Source: Ostrea edulis (lineage: Eukaryota). From it: DNA of 64,000 nt. The notes under the pieces were generated by a model. The model saw only the letters and a list, made by a program, of their open reading frames with translations. It ran no database searches and had not been told where the DNA came from. How positions within the stretch are numbered: position 1 is the stretch's first letter; every line of letters starts with the position of its first letter. The DNA lies in the NCBI RefSeq assembly GCF_947568905.1, contig NC_079173.1, positions 11,284,001-11,348,000 on the forward strand. The letters run 5' to 3'. The position numbers and the translations under genes were made by a program. This document shows positions 39,901 to 51,200 of the stretch, in pieces.

Positions 39901-42900
39901 GAGTACTGTCTGGGTGTAGTGTTACAGAGTACTGTCTGGGTGTAGTGTTACAGAGTACTGACTTTCTGGGTGTAGTGTTACAGTTGCATTTTCTCATCAT
40001 TTAAAGTTTATATCACTTGCAAGAGTGAAAGGTTTGAAATTTACATCATCAGGGACTGTCCAATAGGCCAATTCAACTTAATAGATAGATTACTATAATA
40101 GTCTTGCATGACAGCACTCAAATTTGGAGAAATTCTTGAATTATTTTAGCTCAGCTACTTTTTTTTCAATATAAAACTTGAAGCAAATGACTATTGTGCT
40201 ACCTTAATTAATTATAACATTTGAGCAATTAGAGAGAAACTCAAAAGTACAGGAAGACCTACTGTAAACCAACCCATATTCTCGTGTGAGAAATTATCGC
40301 AAGGTTCACAAGAACCTCGCAAGGTTCACAAGAAACTCTTCATCGCAAATATTTCTCGCCACGAACCAGACCTTTCATGTTTCTTATACGTTTAAGATTA
40401 TCTTGGTCGTGAAAATTAGTTGCTGCGAACCAGTTCATCATTAGTAAATCGTGAAATAAAGTCGCAAATAAAAGTCAGTTTACAATAGTTCCAAGGTAGA
40501 ACTTTACACTAGTGTAGTCTGAAACGGCAGTAAGGGACAAGACACGTGATAGAGAGATCCAAAGCGATTCTTACAACTAACCAAGGAGAGAATGACATTT
40601 CAATTGAAGAAGTTGTTTTAGAGATTGGAAAATAACTGAAATTTAAATAAAAGTTTGAACAAGATGAAATCTCTTTATATTGATTTCTACAGGCCTTGGC
40701 AGAAAAATCATTTATTAACTAAATAGTGCAATAAATCTGTCACTGGTGTGGTAAATTTGGAAAATTTTCAGAACAGCTGTCCAACAGATATTTGACCAGT
40801 TTCAGAACCTTTGTGAATGTGTTAATTTCAATCACACTGCTGTCAACTCTGTAGAGATTACTGATCAAAACGTTAACTGTCTTGTACGATCAAAGGCAAC
40901 ACTGAACAGAGGGTACCATCGTACAGTATAACAAAATCTGTCAGTCAGGTATAAAGTCTGGGAAGTCTAAATCAGAGTCACTACGGTTTACCAGCTAGTA
41001 TGTCCTTTTCCATGCAGCATCAGAACACCGTCTCTGTATACATGATACAGGAAATGTACTATTTTTCCTTGGCAAGAATCAATAGCACTTACTACAGCAC
41101 TTCATCATCTCCTTATCCCTATTTGGTGTAGAAAATGAGCTTATCTCTCCTTCTGTATGATATAATATTCATCAGGAAACACTGCTTACCTTAAAATAAT
41201 CATTGATTTTCTTCCCATTCGCTTCAGGCCGCGTGGATTTTGGAGTCGCTGAAAGACGAGGAAAATAATTATAATTGTATGTTAATCCCAACTACAGTCG
41301 TGCTGTAAATTGATGATTTAAAAAAAAAATTATGAATGGATCTGTAGCTCTCTGGTTTACCCAATTTTCATCCCCTAGAGCTACAGTTCTTCTGCTACTT
41401 AAATCATTGAATTAATAGAGGTGCATCTTTTTAAACACATGATGGTATTTTTCATCATTCATCTTTTTTTTATCCAGGTCTTTTATTAATCCTTTTGCAA
41501 GGGAGAGACCTTATTCAGAAATATAGCTTATCTATAATGATAATCTTAAAGTAACATTCACAACTCAAATCTTCTTCGCAAAAATCATGTGCAATTGCAT
41601 TTTCATGTTTAATATCAAGTAATTGAACAATAAATCTCTTTCTTGGTCCAAAAACATACATTCAGCTGCAGAAATAAAGTTTCAACAAAAATCTGATAAA
41701 TTTCTGAAATGATGAACAAGAGACTACGAACTTTACAGATTTAGATGTTGGATAATCTATATCACATAGTAATCCTAAAGGAACATCACCTGCAGCTGTA
41801 CACATAAACTTGTTGAAACGGTCAATACATTTCTTATTACCTTCCACCTGTTCTCATGCAAACTTGTGATAAAACATATTGTCTAATTTTTTGTTCAATG
41901 AAAAAATCATTAGTTCACATAAAAAAAAAAATAAAAAAAAAACACTGGTAAAGAAAAACATTTTATAGTATTATCTAAACTGATTGTTTATCTATACAGG
42001 CCAGGGGCCCGTTTTACAAAAGAACTTACGACAAAGTCGCAAGTCTTAAATTGTATTACACAGTTATTAGTTTGAATGAAAGAACTAAAACGTTTCTGAA
42101 ACTTAATTTTCAACATCATTTCTTCACTATTTTACATTGGAGTGAATTATCTTACAATAAGCGGGAGAATTCCAATTTGTAAAGTTGGTCATAAGTCGTA
42201 AGTTCTTTTGTAAAATGCACCCCAGGAGTTTTTCATTTTTTGGGGGGGGTAAATATAAACCCTCCTGTCCAAAATTTAAGCGAATTCTACCCTAAAATCT
42301 GTCAATAAAATTAATGAAAACAATGGCAAGGCCTCAAATGAAAAAAAAAAAAAATTGACAGTGAATTTCAGAAGATTTTGAAAAAGTAATCAGTAAATTA
42401 TTTTATTATTTATTGTTCTATTTTATCGGAACGTTCATGTTTGGGTGTTTATATGTTTGTAAACCTAACAATACAATAGTGATGGTCTTCATGTGCAAAT
42501 TTAACATGGACAGCTGCTGTTTAAATAAAGTTTGGCTTACTTTATAGAACAGTCAAAAGTTTGTGACACAGACATGGATTTCACATAGGAATGACGATGT
42601 GAGAATTATTATTTGTGGTTTTTTCACATAGGAATGACGATGTGAGGATTATTATTTGTGGTTGTGCACTAATGTAATCTGGGACAGTATATGTTTCCAC
42701 AGAGGAACAACAAGAGGCCCATGGGCCACATCGCTCACATGAGTCACCTTGGCCCTGCTATTGTTCAGCTGCTGTGAATTTTATCAATCTTTATTCCCAT
42801 GAAAAATTTTGACCCCATATTGTGGTCCCCAAAGGATCATATCATAACTGAAAATGAATTCACATATACACAGAGGTGCATCAACAAAACCGAACAAAAT

Positions 42901-45900
42901 ACGAAAGCCCCAACTAGAATAGTTCTGAAGATATTTAACAGGTTACGTTTCCTTAAAAGTAGGTCAAATTCCAAGGTTACAAGAGCAAAGGTCATATTAT
43001 GAAATAAAAGGTTTTGCCATAATAAATCAATATACAAAATATAAAAGCTTTTAAACAGTTCAGGAGTTATTGATTAGGTCAGAGATCTAAAAAGTAGGTC
43101 CAACTCTAAGGTCATAAGGTCAAGCTTCACAAAATAACAAGGTCTTGCCATAAAGAACCTATATACCAAATATGAAAGCCCTACCTTAAATAGTTCAGGA
43201 GATATTGAATAGGTCAGGATTTTTTTTAAAAAAAAGGTACATGTTGGTCAAAAGATCAAATACTATGGGTACAAGGTATTGCCATAAAGACTCTATATAC
43301 ATTATATGAAAGCCCCACCTAGAAAAGTTCCAAATATATTTAATAAACTTAATAGGTTATGTTTTCTTAAAAGTAGGTCAAACTCAGAGTTCAAGGTCAC
43401 AAGGTCAAAGATCATGAAATAAAATGAAAGGTATTGCCATAAGAAATATATATACAAGATGTGAAAGATCTACCTTAAATACTAAATAGTTCAGGACAAA
43501 TTGTAGAGGTCAGATTCTTATCAAAAGTTAAACTTCCAGGTCAAGGTCACAAGCTCACACACCATTGCATTACATGAAAGGTCTTTCCATAAAAAATGTA
43601 TATACAAAATGTGAAAGCCCTAGCTTAAATAGTTCTAGAGATATTTTTAAAGATTTTTCCTATATATCAGCATATAACACTTTGATCTCCTACTGTGGCC
43701 CCATCCTACTCCCTGGGACCATGAATTGCAAAAACTTAAATCTGCACCATGTCAGCAAATTTTCATGTAAATTTCCCCTTTTCTTGCCCAGTGGTTCTTA
43801 AGATGGTTCACAACACCCAGAAATAGTTTCTCAAATCAGTAAGAATTGATTTAATTATAAAAGATATGATGATATACAATAACTATATATACCAAAAGGG
43901 CAAAAAATATACAAATCCTACCCCTGGGAGCCATGATTTGAACAAACTTGAATCTGCACTATGCCAGGAAGCTTTCATGTAAATTTCAACTTTTTTGGCC
44001 CTGTGGTTCTTGAGAAGATTTTAAATGTCCCCACCCTATTTTTGCATTTTCGTGATTATCTCCCCAGGGGGCATGACCCTTGATTTGAATAAACTTGAAT
44101 CCCCTTCACCCATGGATGATGTGTACCAAGTTTAACTGAAATTGGCCCAGTGGTTCAAGAGAAGATGTAGCTGCAGAACTGTAGCTCTCTGAAAAAATAT
44201 TGGGGACAGATCAGAGAGCTACAGATCTACCCCTTACGAAAACCTTCAATTTACAGCGCACAAAAACATGTGCACAGTTGAGGCCTTATATCGTTGTATT
44301 CTTGTATTGTCGTCTCATATATTTGATATAAAAAAATTCTTACATATAAGCCTACTATGTGTGCAAACATACCTTCAAATATTCATTAGAAGCAACTAAA
44401 TTTTGTTATTATTAGAGATGTAATACCACCTGTTAAAACTCAGCCCATGATAAAGATTTGGTACCGTAAGCTTTACTATATCTTATTTGTTAATACTATT
44501 TTATCTGAAGCTTAGGACTGCATCGATAAGCACGCCCCAAACTTCTGGTGTAAGGGCAATAACTGCAATAATGTAGGCCATTGAATTATTCCGTTTATAG
44601 AATCTAACACAATCTACATCAAGCTATCAGGAACAATTCCATTTGAGCATCTAAATTCTGAATCCCTGACATGTACTTAACCCATAGGCTGCTACACGCG
44701 ACTTTCGTCGTTTTGCACTTACAACGCACCATTGCTACACGCGACTATTATCGATTCCGTGACGTACTTGTTTACTGTTGATGCTATGCAACAGAGGGGA
44801 ATCCCAAGCCGGATTAGTACGAAGTGAAGGCTTGTAAAGGCTTTCATTGGTCAAAATACCGTTTATTTTCGGGTTTCTCGGGCTTTATCTCATTGAAGAT
44901 CGATGTAAACCGAAGTGCATATTGTTGTTTAAAAATAATGTAACAAAATGGCCGACGTCGATTGGAGCGATGAAGAAGCAGTCACCAATTTCTTTACTGA
45001 TGATGAAAACAATGTTTTTGAAGGCTTTGGACCGGAGGATATTTTATTACAGAATCGGCACGTATTGGCCAATCTGCCGATTTCAGATTTTCCCCCGGAA
45101 TCAGACCAGGATTTCCCTGACGACTTGAGTAATAACTGGTCATGTCGGGACAGTGATGTTGTAATCGCTCCGTTCAACGGGGAATCTAAACTGAATACAG
45201 CGCTGAATATAACAACACAGTTGGATTTTCTGAAATTATTTATCACTAGTGATTTTATTCATGAACTTTTCCGCGAGACAAACAGATATGCCGAAATGAA
45301 AAGCCACGAGATACACATATTCAAAGAGAGCATGCACATTTCAACAGTATAGCAATTTTTTATTCAGCACTGCACTAATATACAATGAAAATTAATGCAG
45401 TAGGCTAAGGGTTAAGAGTGGGAGATAAATGGTGTGTGTGGTGTGAATGTGTGTGAGTGGGGGGGGGGGGGGGGGGGGGGGGGGTATTTGGTACATTTAT
45501 CCCCCAGAGTACCAAGTCTAGTGAATAGTGAGTCACAATTCTCTTTAAAGAACACCTCTTCAAAATGCATGAGAGGGCATAGGGTACAAGATGCATCCTT
45601 TTCTAACAAATCACAAAGGTACTTGTAACTATTTTCCCCCTACGATGTAATATTTCAGGTTTTGGTAGAGTACATTGTAAAACACACCGCCTGCCTAAAT
45701 ACTCACTGCTCTCAGTGCTGTCATTGGCTGTGGCTTTCCTCTTTCGCTTTCTCTCTGATGGAGTCCTGGGTTGTTTCTCAGGAGTTAATATCAAGTGTGC
45801 CTAATTAACAAATTATTTCATAATTAGTGGGCATGCTTAAAATTCTCAAAGGATGCACTTCATGAGCTTAATTGCTTGACCTAGAAATAGACAGCACAAG

Positions 45901-48200
45901 AAAATAGTACAGGTTATAAAATCTGACAATTTTAACATGTTTAATTGCTAAACAAAATTTTGAGACTTTATCATGTAAGACCTCTTTTTTATGAATAGTA
46001 TATTTCTCTGCTCTGAAATTTAGCTTATCAAATATCGAAATTGATTGATATAAATATCATGATACAAGACATCTTGGAAGTTTAATGATGCTTTGCATCT
46101 GTTTAAAGTCTTCAGTTGTAATTAGATTTTTATTGAGCATGACCAGTTTATAGATTAAATTGGTTCCCTTACCTCATCCTCCCCTGCATTCGACCCAGCA
46201 CTGAGGTTACTGTTATTCTCTTGGGGGTTGGATGAAACATTCAATGGCTGAAACTAATATACCACGAAATATTATCTCTCATACAATTCAACAACTCAGC
46301 AATACCAAAAAAAAAACAACATACCAATTAAAGACATTAGATAGCTTGTCTACATTTTGTCTCTATGCTAAAGCATCTTTCACAAAAAATGAAGTTTGTA
46401 TGTTTCATTCATTGTTTTGGATGCAAAATGAAGTTGTATCATATTCATGAAAGAAATAAAGATGTTGAACTTCCTGTTTCTGAAACATTGGTTACAGAAC
46501 ACTTCAGATTGCCCGATTAGCGACAGTACATGTAAATGCCTTTGCAGTGATGTCAAAAATAAACAGAATTATTAATGTGTTATGCACATATCCTTAATGT
46601 AACAGCACTGACTAAAGAGAACTCATATTCAGAAAAGATTTCACCTGAGCGTAAATCTATTGAAAAACAACAACAACCAAACACTTACTCCTTCATTTCA
46701 AAATACATGCTAGAATGAAAGAGACTTGTACAATGTACAAATACCCTGATCTCTTAAATTTACAGTGTTCATAGGAAGAGACTTCTAAAGAACAAGGACA
46801 GAATGATGGCACATAGCTAATGACCCTTACACAATACACACACTCTCTTCAAATCAAGACAAACAAAGCACAAAATTCTTCAAGTTAGATTCATCCCGAA
46901 CTTACTGATTCCAGATTATACTCAAACTGATTCCAGATTTATCTCGGACTGGTTTCAGATTTATCTGGGACTGACTGATTTGATATCTATCTCAGACTGA
47001 TTCCTCATTTATCTCAGACTGATTTCTCATTTATCTCGGACTGATTTCTCATTTATCTCAGACTGATTTCTCATCTATCTCAGACTGATTTCAGATTTAT
47101 CTGGGACTGACTGATTCAATATTTAATTCCAAATTTAGACTGATTTCTCATCTATCTCAGACTGATTTCTCATCTATCTCAGACTGATTTCAGATTTATC
47201 TGGGACTGACTGATTCAATATTTATTTCCAAATTTAGACTCAGCAATTTGACACACTGAACGTCTGACAGACTTGCCAATCTTAAGTGATTAATAAACAA
47301 AAGAAAACAGAAGCATGAAATGAATGCAGTTGAATACAATTTCAAGGATGCATGCAGTTGTGTTAACTTAAACACGAATGTCATGAATACAAAAACATTT
47401 CACATGTTAACAGTTAGATATGTGAGGTATATATTACTATGTTTGTTTTGTTAGCTTTGTGTATGTTGCTTTAACCCTAATACCGAAATAATTGTGTCCT
47501 ACACCAACATTATTGCTATCCTTTGTTTCATAAAACAATATATTGTGTTACATTTGCATTTCCATTTCAGCGGAGTCTGTAATCCACATACGACACACCC
47601 ATATCCATGATGTGCATTGAGTAATGTCCATTGCATATATATATGAACATTGTATTTGTGTACTGGAACTCAGTCCTGTATTGTATTTGTGATTTGAATC
47701 ATACATGTTGAATGCTATGCCCATTTGGGCACCTAATTTGCAATGAATCAGATCACAATACAACATGGAGAAAGTTTCATGATGGCTTTAAAAGTTCCTG
47801 ACATTAAGCGTGTGCGTGGACCTGCCACTTGCTAAAAATGAAGACCGAAAGTCCTGGACTCCTTTAATAAAAAAAAGGATAAGGTGAATTAGGCAGGGAC
47901 TAAAGTAAAATAATTTGTGGTCAGCCCCTCTGTAAATATTTCCTCTGCATGTTCACACTTCACCACAGTGCCTTGTACTCTAGCTGTATAGCCACACAAG
48001 TAACAATGTTTTCTATAATTAGAATGCTCTGTTGTTGTTAGTGGGGACTTGGGGTCAATCAGTTGAAAACACATCTCCACAGTATAATATACAAATATAT
48101 ATAATGAGAGAGAGAAAAGAGAAAAATAAAGTGAGAGGAAAAGAGAAGATAAGCTGATCAATCGTTGATCTTTCAGTTTCAATTGGAGAGGGGGAGAGTA

Positions 48201-48264
<64 letters not shown>

Positions 48265-51200
48265 AGTAAGGAGGGGAGAGAGAGAGGAGAGGGAGGGAAA
48301 GAGAGGGAGGGAGATAGGAAGGAGGGAATAAGAGGAGAGAGAGAAGAGGGAGGAAGANNNNNNNNNNNNNNNNNNNNNNNNNNNNNNNNNNNNNNNNNNN
48401 NNNNNNNNNNNNNNNNNNNNNNNNNNNNNNNNNNNNNNNNNNNNNNNNNNNNNNNNNNNNNNNNNNNNNNNNNNNNNNNNNNNNNNNNNNNNNNNNNNNN
48501 NNNNNNNNNNNNNNNNNNNNNNNNNGTGTGAATGTTTACTAATGCAATAATACCAAAATCAATATTATACTCTAATGCTATACGTCAATGTGCACTGTCA
48601 CCACTGAATATCATGTGGGCCCCAGTCTGTGTACACACATATAATTCCTACATTGTCATCGGACCATATCAGCAGTGGTGTATATTTAGCACAATCAAAC
48701 AGATGAATCTCCTCACCATTGTCCATCAGACAGACCAGCGGTCAAACTGCATGATCAAATTCCCCAGATATCAGTTAACACTCGAAACACTCAAAACCTA
48801 GGCATACACATGTACATGACCTAACAGACAAAAATATAACTACTAATGCCCTTTCTTTTGTGTACTCTGTTAGTACATTTGGTTTTTAAAAAAAAAAAAT
48901 CAATAGTGTGGGGGACTCATGAATTGCCTGATTATTCTGTGACATTTTTATCACTCCACACCTCAATAAGCATGTGCTGTGGCTTCACATTTTTTGTGTC
49001 AGTATAAAGTTCCTCAGTTTAAAGTGTATATTGTTCCTACATAAATCAGTACACAACTGAATACAAAAGTTGTCTCCCTTTTCTACTTGCAATGTGGTGT
49101 TACACCTAAATCATGGAATCGTCATAATTACCTGCCATTTGGAATAAAACTGAAGATTTCACCACCTTTATTTGTGTTTCTCAACATGACACACACACAA
49201 TGGCAATTGAAAATGCTTGAAGTAAAGCGATCACCACACAAAACGAGGCTTGATTGCTTAATGAAGATGTATGGACGTCTCTTATCATTAGTACAGGTTT
49301 ATAGTGATCTGACACCATCATATTGAACTGATCCCTGCAAGCCTGGACAATAACAACACCAAAGGTGAAGAAATTATCTACAATATGTAGGTCACCATCA
49401 GAAGCATTTTATGTATATAGCTATCACCAAGCAGTCTAACCCTACCTCAACTTTTCTTGTTATTACTCAAAAAGTTTTCTTTAAATTTTTTTTAGGGTTG
49501 TTGTAATGTTTTACTGGTCCCAAGGGTCCCTGGAATAAGATATCTTGGGGTCACCCAGTTCACTCAAGTTGTGTTTGTATTAGTATTCCTGTCACTGGCA
49601 CCAACTCTGTTCAATTGTTTCCTCAATTCCATCCCATCCCAGTCATGCTATACAAACTGTTTCCCTCACAAATCGTGACTTCAGAAAAAACACAACACTT
49701 TCTGTTTGGGATATGTCTCTAGAATGGTTCAGATAAGGTGAAAACGTGATTAATGTTGAACAGGCAATCTTTAATTCATTAAAACAACAACAAAAACCAT
49801 ACTGCAGTGTTTTCTGTTCATCAACAGCTGCAGCTGCGTAGTATGACAAATTGTGTGACTGAAAATTTTATGGGCATGAAATACCATACACAGAATCAGG
49901 TCAAATAGGTTTTTGTGTTTTTTGTTTGTTAAATCAAACATTTCAATGTAAATCGAAAAAATTGCATTGCATTCACAAGAGCTAAAGAAAACTTAAGTTC
50001 CTTGGGCTTATCTCCTGGATTAAGTCCTACATATTTCTTATGAACTGTGAAGAAACAAACATCCCATAAATGTCGTTCAGGGCTAGAAGATATCCCTTCC
50101 TCCTAGCCTCCTATCTACCCCGATATTTCAAGTCGACACCGAGTTCCTTTTTGAGGACATTTTGAACTTGTAAACAAAGGTTTGTTATTGAATAAACATT
50201 GATGAATGCAAATATATGAAGGTGAATATGGATAAATATAAGAAGGTCAATATGGATAGATATGAAGGTCAATATGGATAGATATGAAGGTCAATATGGA
50301 TAAATGTATATACTGTAAAATATTTTTGGGATCTCAAAATTTCCATAGTTAGATGACAATTGATAAGCACGTTCACTGTGACTTGATATCTTTATAGTAG
50401 TATAGTTTCTTTTCTTTCTTTTTTTTTGGAGGAGGGGTAATCCGAGATTCCTCTGACTCTTACCCCCGCTTTTATATTTGACATGTGCGGGGGAGAGTCA
50501 GAGCGGACTCCATATTGAAAAGTGGGAATTCAGCGACACCAGCTGGTGTCACTGCTTTACCTACCTCTTACAACTTTATTTCGCGGATCTATCTTCCAAG
50601 ACGTGAGAATTCAGTTAACGGAAGATAAATCTATAAATAGATCATGATTAATACGATGCTATCGCCGTTTAAACGGCCCTAACACCGACAAATGGAGCAT
50701 CACTTGAATTAGGTCGCCGCCTCGCCATTTGATTTCTTTCCGCATGACGTCAGCACATGTAAACACAAAATTCCATCGTTTAAACGGCGATAGCATCGTA
50801 TTAATCATGATGTATTTGCAGAATAATCTTCCGATAACTGAATCCTCGCGTCTTGGAAGATGGGTCCGCGAAATAAAGTTGTAAGAGGTAGGTAAAGCAG
50901 CGACACCAGCTGGTGTCGCTGAATTCCCATTTTTCAATATGGAGTCCGCTCTGACTCTCCCCCGCAGAAGTCGCAAAATAAAAGCGGGGTTAAGAGTCAG
51001 AGGAATCTCGGATTAGAGGAGGGGGTGTTAAATTTTAGGTAAAGTACAAAGCACATGGTTTGGAAAAAAAATGAAAATTAAACCTCCATGAAAATTAATG
51101 ATTTTACAAATATTTAGGTGATGATTGACAGAATTTCTGACATTTTGTCATATCATCCGTGTACAGTCCATGAAACCTTCCCCAATCCCCATTATAGCAT

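Noticed and set aside
50659-50976. 105-aa ORF in the fold-back element
   Set aside because: Lies mostly within a TIR arm; no transposase motifs.
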